The translations under genes and the position numbers were made by a program. The notes beneath the pieces were generated by a model, which saw only the letters and a list, made by a program, of their open reading frames with translations, ran no database searches and was not told where the DNA came from. Below, in pieces: positions 30,784 through 39,396 of a stretch of 64,000 bases of DNA (position 1 is the stretch's first letter; each line of letters begins with the position of its first letter). The stretch spans positions 704,001 through 768,000 of the forward strand of contig JBPOGI010000001.1 in NCBI GenBank assembly GCA_051251855.1. Direction: 5' to 3'. The stretch comes from Roseibacillus sp. GTDB taxonomy: Bacteria; Verrucomicrobiota; Verrucomicrobiia; Verrucomicrobiales; Akkermansiaceae.

Positions 30784-30889
30784 GGGCAGAGTCTAACGAG
30801 AGCGCAAGGATTGGAAAGTCCCTTTCGTTCCTTGAGTGCCAGTAAAGAATTTACCGCTCTAATGGAGGGTGGGTGGCGTTGTAGTATTC

Positions 30890-31555
30890 ATGATGGTTCT
30901 TTTTCCTTCTTCGAGGGGCTCACGAGTTCGGGCGGCTGGTTTGATTCTAGTTTTTATCTCGATGGCTATTTGGAGCTGCGGCTGGGCGGTGGCGGGCAAG
31001 ATTCGCTATGAGCCGGTGGAAGGAGATGTTCTTTTTCAATCATTGCCTAATGGTCCAGGGCTGGATGTGGTCGATGCTATCGAGGGAGCGACGGAGAGCC
31101 CTTACTCGCATTGTGGGGTGGTGGTGAACAAGAAGGGGAAGTGGTATGTGCTGGAGGCTATGGTGCCGACTGTTCAGGAAGTTCCTTACGAACGATGGAT
31201 CAAGAGGAGCCAAGGAAAGTTTGCTGCTTACCGATTGAAAGAGCACTGGAGGATCATGATTCCAGCTTGGATTAAGGAGATGCGCCGCAAAATGGGGAAG
31301 CCTTATGATTTTCGTTATCGTATGGAGGATGACGAGATTTATTGTTCGGAGTTGCCTTTCGATGCTTGGAAGAAGCTGACGGGTGCGGATATGGGAAAGA
31401 TTGTGAAGTTGGGTGATTTGAAGTGGCAAAAATATCGTCAGGTGATTCTCGATATTGAGGGTTCAGAGAAGGTTCCGGTCGAACGTGAAATGATCACGCC
31501 TCGTGATTTGGCGGCAGCCGAGCAGTTGGAGCTGGTTCTGAAGAATGGGCTATGA
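30890..31555 (+). CDS. YiiX/YebB-like permuted papain (NlpC/P60) cysteine hydrolase
   Basis: EGDVLFQ, YSHCGVV, GKPYD, IYCSEL, ITP; start uncertain (30869-30893). Confidence 0.85.
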   Translation: MMVLFPSSRGSRVRAAGLILVFISMAIWSCGWAVAGKIRYEPVEGDVLFQSLPNGPGLDVVDAIEGATESPYSHCGVVVNKKGKWYVLEAMVPTVQEVPYERWIKRSQGKFAAYRLKEHWRIMIPAWIKEMRRKMGKPYDFRYRMEDDEIYCSELPFDAWKKLTGADMGKIVKLGDLKWQKYRQVILDIEGSEKVPVEREMITPRDLAAAEQLELVLKNGL

Positions 31556-31605
31556 ATGCCATCACGGTTGCTTATTGATGGCGTCTTGTGTAAGGCCTCT
31601 TGCCT

Positions 31606-32232
31606 ATGAGTGATTTGCCGAAGATGTCTGCCATTCTGTTGCTGGGGGCTCCCGGGGCAGGCAAGGGAACGTTGGGAAAGACCTTGGGTGCTATTCCGCG
31701 TTTTTTCCATTGTGCGTGTGGCGATGTCTTTCGGTCTTTGGATACACGGACGCCGATTGGTCAAGAGTTCGTGCGCCACTCCTCATCGGGCGAGTTGGTT
31801 CCGGACGAGTTGACGGTGAAGCTGTGGGAAACTCAGATGAGAAACTGGGCAGACACCCACACTTATAAGCCTGATATCGATCTTTTGATTCTGGATGGTA
31901 TTCCGCGCAACGTGCGTCAGGCAGAGATTATGCGGGACCATCTGATTATTCATCAAGTGATCCATCTCTCGTGCCCCGACCGAAACGAACTAGCGCGTCG
32001 GATGCGGAAGCGGGCGTTGAAGGATAACCGTTTTGACGACGCGAATGATTCGGTGATTGAGCATCGCATCCAAACTTATGAAGAGGAGACGAAGCCGATT
32101 CTGGAATACTATGGCGAGGAAATGACGACTGATATCGATGCCACGGGAACTCCGGTGAAGGTGCTCTACGATGTCATCGAGCGGTTGATGAAACTGGATA
32201 TTTATCTCGAGATGGCCGGGAAAAAGGCCTAA
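31606..32232 (+). CDS. adk: Adenylate kinase family (short, LID-less)
   Basis: GAPGAGKGT, GELVPD, LDGIPRN..QA, RFDD. Confidence 0.8.
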   Translation: MSDLPKMSAILLLGAPGAGKGTLGKTLGAIPRFFHCACGDVFRSLDTRTPIGQEFVRHSSSGELVPDELTVKLWETQMRNWADTHTYKPDIDLLILDGIPRNVRQAEIMRDHLIIHQVIHLSCPDRNELARRMRKRALKDNRFDDANDSVIEHRIQTYEEETKPILEYYGEEMTTDIDATGTPVKVLYDVIERLMKLDIYLEMAGKKA

Positions 32233-32241
32233 TCGAATGAA

Positions 32242-33177
32242 GTGATGAGAGTGGTGTTTTTGGGGACGGGGGAAATTGCGATTCCGACTTTTCGGGCGCT
32301 GTTAGATTCGGATTATGAGGTGGTCGCGTTGGTGACTCAGCCTGATAAACCGGTCGGTCGTCGTTCGGAGCCCCAGCCGCCGGCCATCAAGGTGATTGCA
32401 CAGGAAGCGGGGATTCCGGTGTTGCAGCCTGAGAAAGTGAGAGCGGCGGAAGCACTTGCCGAATTGGCCGAGTTGGAGGCGGATGTGATGGTGGTGATGG
32501 CCTATGGGCAGATTTTGCCTCAGAAGCTGATCGAGATGCCAAAGAAGGCTATCATTAATTTGCATGCCTCGCTGTTGCCGAAGTATCGGGGCGCGAGTTG
32601 TATTCAGGCCGCGATCCAAAATGGAGATTCGGAGACGGGGTGGACGGTGATGCACGTGGTGAAGGCGCTGGATTCCGGTGACATCATCGAAGTGCAGAAT
32701 CTACCCATAGCGGCCGATGAGACGGGAGAGACTCTTCATGATAGGCTCGCGGAGGCGGGGCCGGCTTCGTTGTGTTCGGGACTTGAGAAGCTTGCTGGCG
32801 GAACGGCGGGAAGGACTCCGCAGGATGAAGAGAAGATGTCTTACGCGCCTAAGTTGGAGCGTGAGCATGGAAGGATTGATTGGTCGCGGCCAGCGGCGGA
32901 GTTAGAGCGGCTGGTGCGGGCTTATCATACTTGGCCGGGAACGTTTACGACTTTCGTGGATGGAAAGGGGAAAGAGAAGCGGATGAAGATTTTTCCTCCG
33001 GTGATTTGTTCGGAAGTGACTGGAGTCGCGGGTGAGTTGATTCGCGGGGAAGAAGGAGAGGTCTTTGTCGCTTGTGGGACAGGAGCGTTGCAACTGGGAG
33101 AGATTCAGCCGGAAGGTTCTAAGCGGATGGGTGCAGCAGATTTTTTGCGCGGGGTCTCGGTGGAGAAGTTGGGTTAG
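32242..33177 (+). CDS. fmt: Methionyl-tRNA formyltransferase
   Basis: VTQPDKPVGR, AYGQIL, INLHASLLPKYRGA, LDSGD. Confidence 0.96.
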   Translation: MMRVVFLGTGEIAIPTFRALLDSDYEVVALVTQPDKPVGRRSEPQPPAIKVIAQEAGIPVLQPEKVRAAEALAELAELEADVMVVMAYGQILPQKLIEMPKKAIINLHASLLPKYRGASCIQAAIQNGDSETGWTVMHVVKALDSGDIIEVQNLPIAADETGETLHDRLAEAGPASLCSGLEKLAGGTAGRTPQDEEKMSYAPKLEREHGRIDWSRPAAELERLVRAYHTWPGTFTTFVDGKGKEKRMKIFPPVICSEVTGVAGELIRGEEGEVFVACGTGALQLGEIQPEGSKRMGAADFLRGVSVEKLG

Positions 33178-33230
33178 GAGAAGAGTGATGACGGCCTCAG
33201 TTGAATGGCTTTTTGAATAAGGCGCTTAGC

Positions 33231-33343
33231 CGTGGCGTTGCCCTCTGGGCTACGAAGGTCAACCCGGGCATCCTGCCGGGGTTGAATCCTACCTCAGCCG
33301 AGACGGCTGAAGGCACCATCGTGGGCCAGAGGCCCACGCCACG
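33231..33343. repeat. REPIN-like element (CGTGGCGT-headed REP doublet with internal hairpins)
   Basis: 33231-33259 is an inverted copy (24/29) of 33315-33343; internal hairpins 33259-33285 and 33294-33310; between convergent fmt and hom. Confidence 0.8.
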
Positions 33344-33359
33344 TTGAGTTGTTGCCCTG

Positions 33360-34673
33360 TTAGAGTTTCTCGATGCGGAAGACGACGGGGCGCTCGGTGA
33401 TGGAGTCGAGGGCTTCCACTTTGGCGAGGGTGTCTTTGAGGTGACCGAAGGGGGTCTTGTGCAGGAGGAAAACCATGTCGACGAATTCGGCGTCGGGGTC
33501 TTCGGGGTTGGAGGGAGAGTGGGTGCCGGAGATTCCGACTCCGGCTTCGGCGAGAATGGTGGCGATTTCGGCAATGACGCCGGGGCGATCGGTGACCTTG
33601 AAGCGCACGTAGTAGGGAGTGGCGGTGTCCTCAATGGCCATCAGCTTGGGTTCTTCTTCGGAGGGGAGGAATCCGCGATGGGTGCCACCGTGCTCCATGA
33701 GGCGAGCGGCTTCCACGAGGTCGGCGACCACTGAGCTTCCGGTGGGCTCTTGGCCAGCCCCACGTCCGTAGAAGAGAGATTCGCCGGCGGCGTCTCCTTT
33801 GACGGCGATGGCGTTGAAGACTCCGTTGACGGAAGCAAGAATGTGTTTAGCTGAGATGAAGGAGGGTTGAGTGCGAATCTCGATGCTACCGTCGTCGTGC
33901 TGGCGGACGAGGGAGAGGAGCTTGACCACGTAGCCGAGCTCTTTCGCAAAGCGGATATCGAGGGGTGTGACCATCTCGATACCGCGAACGTAGACGTCCT
34001 CGTAGTTGATGAGTTTGCCGTAGGAAAGGGAGGCTAGGAGAATGGCTTTGTGGGCGGCATCCCAGCCGTTGACGTCGAGGGTCTCGTCGGCTTCGGCGTA
34101 ACCAAGGTCTTTGGCTTCGGCGAGAGCTTCGGGGTAGCCGAGTCCGGCCTCGGTCATGCGTTGGAGAATGTAGTTTGAGGTGCCGTTGATGATGCCGGTG
34201 AGGGACTCGATGCGGTTGCCGACGTAAGACTCCTGCACGGCCTTGATGACGGGAATCGCTCCGGCGACAGCGGCTTCGAAGTGAATGGGGGTGTTGTGTT
34301 CGGCTGAGAGGGCGAAGAGTTCTTTGCCCCGCTCGGCGAGGAGAGCCTTGTTGCCGGTGATGACGGGTTTACCAGCCTTGAGGGCTGCGGCGACGAGGTG
34401 GAAGGCGGCTTGGGTGCCTCCGATGAGTTCGACGACAATATCGACTTCGGGGTCTTCAATAAGAGTGGCGAGGTCGGTTTCGAAGATGCTGTCGGGTGCG
34501 TCGGCTTCGCGGAACTTGTTGAGATCGCGGACGACGATGCGGCGAATCTCGAGCTTGACGGTGCCTTGGGTTCTCTCAGAGATGAGGTCCCCATTACGAG
34601 CGAGAATATTCCATACTCCGGAACCTACTGTTCCGAATCCTGCCAAGCCAACTCCAAGTGTTTTGCAACTCAC
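33360..34673 (-). CDS. hom: Homoserine dehydrogenase with ACT domain
   Basis: GFGTVG, VELIGG, TGNKAL, GIINGTSNYIL, GYAEAD, GRGAG, DRPGVIA; start GTG 34673 preferred over ATG 34682 from promoter position. Confidence 0.96.
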   Translation of the reverse strand: MSCKTLGVGLAGFGTVGSGVWNILARNGDLISERTQGTVKLEIRRIVVRDLNKFREADAPDSIFETDLATLIEDPEVDIVVELIGGTQAAFHLVAAALKAGKPVITGNKALLAERGKELFALSAEHNTPIHFEAAVAGAIPVIKAVQESYVGNRIESLTGIINGTSNYILQRMTEAGLGYPEALAEAKDLGYAEADETLDVNGWDAAHKAILLASLSYGKLINYEDVYVRGIEMVTPLDIRFAKELGYVVKLLSLVRQHDDGSIEIRTQPSFISAKHILASVNGVFNAIAVKGDAAGESLFYGRGAGQEPTGSSVVADLVEAARLMEHGGTHRGFLPSEEEPKLMAIEDTATPYYVRFKVTDRPGVIAEIATILAEAGVGISGTHSPSNPEDPDAEFVDMVFLLHKTPFGHLKDTLAKVEALDSITERPVVFRIEKL

Positions 34674-34735
34674 GAGGGCCATTTAGCGCGAAGATGGGAA
34701 AAGGCCAAGTGTTGTGGCTGAAAAAGTTGCAGTCC

Positions 34736-35512
34736 TTAACGAGGGAGCATGAGCTCGTCGTTTTCGAGGCCGGTGAGTTGGCGGAGGCCTTTGAGGAGGA
34801 ACAGCATGCAGCCGACGAGGAAGGCCATGATGGGGAGGCCAATCACGAGGAATCCGACCCAGGTGATGGAGCCGACTGCTTTATTGTAGAGCTCACGGGC
34901 GTTTTCGGCGGTGTAATCGACTTTGTCGGGTCCGAGGAAGTATTGCGCGAGGAAGAAGTTGGCCACCGTTGAGACGAGGAAGGAGGCGGCGAAGATGAGG
35001 GTGCATTGGAAAAGCAGCTTCGCGTAGGGGACCTGTTTAGCATTTTCCTCGATTTTGGCGGTGATGCGCTTGATATCAAAAATCTGGTCGTTGTAGAGGA
35101 AGGTGTTGAGAAGTGGGGTTTTGGTCCAATGGGAGGCGAAGACGGCGATTCCTAGAATGAAGGGAATGGAGGCTTCTTTGAGTCCAAAGAGGATAGGGGC
35201 GGAAGCGTCGACGGAGCCGTCTTCTTTCCAGAGGAATAGGGTGAGACCACCGGTGAGGAGGACGGAGACAAGGCCGAGAACGGAGAAGAAGTTGAGCTTC
35301 TTGTGTTTGAGGAGGAACCAGATGCCGTAGCCGATGGGAAAGGCGAGAGCGACCCCGAGGGCCCACATGGGGCCGAGGTGGTAGAACTTGGGACTATCGA
35401 CAAGTGCTGGGTCTTTGCTGAGTTTGCCCAAGGCCAACACAGGAATGAGAACGTTGACGAGAATGTTGGTGAGTGGATTCTCTTTAGGGGGCTGGGTATC
35501 GACTTCGGACAT
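34736..35512 (-). CDS. VC0807-like membrane protein
   Basis: NILVNVLIP, LGP..ALGVALAFP..YG, SVLLTGG, LKEA; multiple TM helices. Confidence 0.7.
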   Translation of the reverse strand: MSEVDTQPPKENPLTNILVNVLIPVLALGKLSKDPALVDSPKFYHLGPMWALGVALAFPIGYGIWFLLKHKKLNFFSVLGLVSVLLTGGLTLFLWKEDGSVDASAPILFGLKEASIPFILGIAVFASHWTKTPLLNTFLYNDQIFDIKRITAKIEENAKQVPYAKLLFQCTLIFAASFLVSTVANFFLAQYFLGPDKVDYTAENARELYNKAVGSITWVGFLVIGLPIMAFLVGCMLFLLKGLRQLTGLENDELMLPR

Positions 35513-35656
35513 GGTTCGTGTACCGAGAATCTCGACTAGAAGCCCCTCGGACCCAAGGAAAATCTTGCTGCGGTGTGACCGTTGACGAGGGGGTCTTTTT
35601 CGGCATCGGGGGCCTTGTTGTTTGACTGATGGGGGTCACTGCTTTCCACTCCCTGC

Positions 35657-37441
35657 ATGCGGAAGCGTGCGGGAAAATCGGAAGAGGGAAAATCGGGACG
35701 AAAGTTGGCGGTGCTGGGCTTTTACGGCTATTTGGCGAACTATAAGAAGACCTTCTATCCGGCACTGGTGGCTCTCTTTATTACGGCGGGACTGTCGTTG
35801 GCGTTTCCCTATTTCCTGAGTCAACTCATTGGGGGCGTGAAGTTTGGGGGCGAGGAGATGCTCGATGTGGATCATGTGAAGGCGAACATCAATCGCACGG
35901 TGTTGACGCTGGTGGGGGTGTTGGCGTTGCAGGCTTTTGTTTCTTACTGGCGGGTACGTGGTTTCATTAAGGCGGGTGAAAGCGCCTTGAATGATATTCG
36001 GCGCGATGTCTTCAAGCACTTGGTCCACTTGCCGATGAGCTTTTATGAAAAGAGCCGCGCGGGTGAGCTTTCGGGGCGGGTGGCGGCGGATTTGTCGGTT
36101 TTGCGGGAGACTCTTTTGACGACCGTGCCACAGATGATTCGCCAGACGGTGATTTTGATTGGTGGTTTGGTGTTTATCTTTGTGTTTTCGTGGAAGCTGG
36201 CGCTGTTCATGTTGGCCATCATTCCTGTGGTCATTTTGGCAGTGGCCTTCTTTGGGCGAAAGGTGCGGGGGTATTCCAAGGCGGCGCAGGATGCTTTGGC
36301 GGATAGCTCGATTGTGATTGAGGAGAGCACGCAGGGCATCGCGGAAGTGAAGTCGTTTCGGAATGAGGGCTTTGAAGAGAGTCGCTTTGAGCAGTCGCTG
36401 ACGGACTATCTTTCGGTGGTGATGCGGGGAGCGAAAGCGCGTGCGGCGTTCATAGCCTTTATTATCTTTGTGCTCTTTGGGACTATTTCGGTGGTGGCTT
36501 GGTTCGGAGCCGGAATGTTGTCAGAGGGTGAGTTGAGTCAGCGTGAGTTTGTGGCCTTTGTGCTCTTTAGTGTCTTTGTGGGTGCCTCACTTGGTTCGTT
36601 TCCAGAGATTGTGAGTCAGGTGCAAAAGGCGAATGGCGCTACGGAGCGACTGAAGGAGATTTTGGAAGAGGTTCCCGAGAGCGAAGGTGAGTCTTCGGAG
36701 ACGGTGGTGACGGGTGCTTTGGCGGCGCAGGAGATTCGGTTTGCGTATCCTTCGCGGGAAGAACTGGAGGTTATCAAAGGAGTGTCCTTTGAGATTTCAG
36801 CGGGAGAGAAAGTGGCTTTTGTGGGTCCGAGTGGAGGAGGAAAGTCGACGCTGTTTGCGCTTATTCAGCGCTTTCATGATATTTCGGGAGGGACGCTTTC
36901 TTTGGATGGGCGTTCGGTGGCGGATTGGTCGTTAGATGAGTTGCGCTCGGCGATTGCGGTGGTGCCGCAGGATGTGCATCTCTTTGGCGGGACCATTGCG
37001 GAGAATATTGCTTACGGAAAGCCGGGTTCGACTCAGGAAGAGATTGAGGAGGCGGCGCGCGAGGCGAATGCGGCGGAGTTTATCGAATCCTTCCCGGAGA
37101 AGTATGAAGCGGTGGTGGGGCCACGTGGAATGCGATTGTCAGGTGGGCAGCGGCAGCGGATTGCGATTGCGCGGGCGATTTTGGCGGACCCGAAAATTTT
37201 GATGTTAGATGAGGCGACGAGTGCGTTGGATTCGGAGAGTGAGCGCTTGGTGCAGGAGGCTTTGGAGAAGCTGATGAAGGGGCGGACGAGTTTGATTATC
37301 GCGCATCGTCTGGGGACTGTTCGGAGTTGTGATAGGATTCACGTGCTGAGCGGGGGGCAGATTGTGGAGAGCGGGACTCACGATGACTTGTTGGCGGGGA
37401 ATGGCATGTATCGCATGTTGGCGGAGACGCAGCTGTTGTAG
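35657..37441 (+). CDS. ABC transporter fused permease/ATPase (MsbA-like exporter)
   Basis: TM domain; GPSGGGKST, LSGGQRQR, LDEATSALD, IAHRL. Confidence 0.93.
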   Translation: MRKRAGKSEEGKSGRKLAVLGFYGYLANYKKTFYPALVALFITAGLSLAFPYFLSQLIGGVKFGGEEMLDVDHVKANINRTVLTLVGVLALQAFVSYWRVRGFIKAGESALNDIRRDVFKHLVHLPMSFYEKSRAGELSGRVAADLSVLRETLLTTVPQMIRQTVILIGGLVFIFVFSWKLALFMLAIIPVVILAVAFFGRKVRGYSKAAQDALADSSIVIEESTQGIAEVKSFRNEGFEESRFEQSLTDYLSVVMRGAKARAAFIAFIIFVLFGTISVVAWFGAGMLSEGELSQREFVAFVLFSVFVGASLGSFPEIVSQVQKANGATERLKEILEEVPESEGESSETVVTGALAAQEIRFAYPSREELEVIKGVSFEISAGEKVAFVGPSGGGKSTLFALIQRFHDISGGTLSLDGRSVADWSLDELRSAIAVVPQDVHLFGGTIAENIAYGKPGSTQEEIEEAAREANAAEFIESFPEKYEAVVGPRGMRLSGGQRQRIAIARAILADPKILMLDEATSALDSESERLVQEALEKLMKGRTSLIIAHRLGTVRSCDRIHVLSGGQIVESGTHDDLLAGNGMYRMLAETQLL

Positions 37442-37448
37442 AAGTTCT

Positions 37449-37736
37449 GTAGGAGCGTCGACTTCAGTCGTCGGGCACTGTGTTAAGACACCTTGTCGTG
37501 ATGCGGTAGGTCGTGTTTTGCCAAAACCGACCCTCTTGATCACCACTGAAGCCTTTGCAGACTTGGATACGCAGCCACGGTATGACCATGGTCTTATATT
37601 CATTTTCCGATGGGTAAAGAGCCTACGCCGAACAACCCTCATCACAGGGGTCGGCTTCGGCGAAGCACCGACCTACCGCAAGAGGTTAGCGAGAATTTTC
37701 CTTATCACAGTGCCCGACGACTGAAGTCGACGCTCC
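37449..37736. repeat. Nested REPIN-like element (outer 31-bp perfect inverted repeat, inner GTAG-type doublet)
   Basis: 37452-37482 exact inverse of 37706-37736; inner arms 37502-37533 and 37648-37680. Confidence 0.88.
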
Positions 37737-37756
37737 GGTCTTTGCTTCGGTTCGGT

Positions 37757-37782
37757 GGGGCGAGTGAGGGCACTCGCGCTCC
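37757..37782. repeat. Single REP-like palindrome
   Basis: Minus strand GGAGC-GCGAGTG-CCCT-CACTCGC. Confidence 0.6.
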
Positions 37783-37792
37783 GTCGGAGCAC

Positions 37793-37824
37793 AAAAAAAA
37801 CAGGGACATGAATGTCCCTGCTCC
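37793..37824 (-). terminator. rpsU intrinsic terminator (REP-like hairpin)
   Basis: Minus strand GGAG-CAGGGACAT-TC-ATGTCCCTG followed by T8. Confidence 0.85.
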
Positions 37825-37849
37825 GGTAAAACTTGTTGGTTGAGGGAAA

Positions 37850-38095
37850 TTAATCCTCGGTCTTTTCGCCTTCTTTCTCAGGAGACTTGCTGGAGTAGTG
37901 CCAACGGACTTTGTTGCGCTTGGATGCGGTGCGAAGCTTACGTTGGAATTTCTGAGTAGGAGTCTCGAAAGCACGACGGCGGCGCATTTCCTCCAAGATA
38001 CCTTCGGTATCGAGCTTGGTCTTGAGTCGCTTGAGAGCGCGGTCGACGGGCTCACCTTTTTTCATTTCGACTCCGCGGAAAGTTTCGTTTGCCAT
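37850..38095 (-). CDS. rpsU: 30S ribosomal protein S21
   Basis: KKGEPVDRALKRLK, GILEEMRRRRAFETP; basic 81 aa. Confidence 0.92.
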   Translation of the reverse strand: MANETFRGVEMKKGEPVDRALKRLKTKLDTEGILEEMRRRRAFETPTQKFQRKLRTASKRNKVRWHYSSKSPEKEGEKTED

Positions 38096-38123
38096 ATTTG
38101 AGATCAGTTAATCTTAGGGGCGC

Positions 38124-38154
38124 GGAGGCTATGGGCCACGGACCGAGGCGTCAA
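38124..38154 (-). promoter_or_regulatory. Putative sigma70 promoter of rpsU
   Basis: Minus strand TTGACG-17 nt-TAGCCT. Confidence 0.55.
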
Positions 38155-38254
38155 GAGGGTAATTTGTGCTTTTTTGCCTCATTTGGGGGGCTTTTGAGAG
38201 GATGACGTCATGAAAAACTGCTGTCAGGGCTTTAAAGTCGGATTATCCTGACTC

Positions 38255-39298
38255 GTGAGCCGGACGATTCTGCATATCGACATGGACTGCTTCTATGCAG
38301 CCATTGAGGAGCGGGATGATCCAAAATTGCGAGGTAAGCCGGTGGGGGTGGGTGGTCGTTCGCAGCGCGGGGTGCTGACGACGGCGAATTATGAGGCACG
38401 TAAATTCGGGTGCCATTCGGCGATGCCGGTGTTCATGGCTTTGGAAAAGTGCCCACATCTGGTGTTGGTGCCCACGAGGTTCGAGGTCTATCGAGAAGAG
38501 TCGCAGAAGATTCGTGCGATTTTCGGACGCTTTACGGAATTGATTGAGCCGCTGAGTTTAGATGAGGCCTTTTTGGATGTGAGTGCCTTGCAGACGGATG
38601 GGGAAGCGGTGGCGCGGGAGATTCGACATCAGATAGAGGAGGAGACGCGGTTGACGGCTTCGGCGGGAATTGCGCCGAACAAGATGTTGGCGAAGGTGGC
38701 GAGTGATTGGGAAAAACCGAATGGGCAGTTTGCGGTGCGTGTGGAGGAGGTGGCGGATTTTGTGAGGGTGTTGCCGGTGAAGAAGATTCCGGGGGTGGGG
38801 CGCAAAATGGCGGAGAAGTTGGCGGTGCTACAAGTGGCGAGTTGCGGTGACTTGCAGGCGTTCGAGCGGGTGGAGTTGGCGAGGAGGTTTGGAAAGTGGG
38901 GAAGTGAACTCTATGATCTCTGTCGTGGGGTCGATGAAAGACTGGTGAGGGTTGAGCGGGAGCGGAAGTCGGTGAGCAAGGAGACGACCTTTCGCGAAAA
39001 TCGAACTTCGTTGGAGGCGTTGGATGAGTCGTTGGCTCCGTTGTTAGTGAGTTTGCGGGAGGCTCTTTCGGGGAAGCATCAGGAGAGGCGGATTAAGTCG
39101 CTGGTGGTGAAGTTGAAGTTCGCGGATTTCGAGACCACCACGGCGGAACGTGCGGGTGGGGCTGTGGATGGAGTAACTTTTGCGGAGTTGTTGCAGGAGG
39201 CGTGGCAACGGGGCGAAGGGCGTGCGGTGAGGCTTTTGGGAGTGGGGGTGAAGTTTGCGGCCAAGGAAGAAAAGACGCAGTTGGAGTTAGGTTTGTGA
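38255..39298 (+). CDS. dinB: DNA polymerase IV
   Basis: HIDMDCFYAAIE, TANYEARKFG, SLDEAFLD, KVASDWEKPNG. Confidence 0.96.
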   Translation: MSRTILHIDMDCFYAAIEERDDPKLRGKPVGVGGRSQRGVLTTANYEARKFGCHSAMPVFMALEKCPHLVLVPTRFEVYREESQKIRAIFGRFTELIEPLSLDEAFLDVSALQTDGEAVAREIRHQIEEETRLTASAGIAPNKMLAKVASDWEKPNGQFAVRVEEVADFVRVLPVKKIPGVGRKMAEKLAVLQVASCGDLQAFERVELARRFGKWGSELYDLCRGVDERLVRVERERKSVSKETTFRENRTSLEALDESLAPLLVSLREALSGKHQERRIKSLVVKLKFADFETTTAERAGGAVDGVTFAELLQEAWQRGEGRAVRLLGVGVKFAAKEEKTQLELGL

Positions 39299-39308
39299 GT
39301 GATGGCAG

Positions 39309-39396
39309 GTAGCCGGAGTGGTGACACTGCGGGCTGGTTGGCGTGGAGGTTGTATTCCCCGCCCGAATTGTCACCAACTCGGCTACGGGAGAATTC
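39309..39396. repeat. REPIN-like element (GTAG-type REP doublet), copy 2
   Basis: GTAGCCGGAGTGGTGACACTGCGG ... CCGAATTGTCACCAACTCGGCTAC; between convergent dinB and ARH-hydrolase gene. Confidence 0.85.

Noticed and set aside
38096..38254. LexA/SOS box upstream of dinB
   Set aside because: No TGTTC-N4-GAACA (verrucomicrobial type) or CTGT-N8-ACAG site seen.
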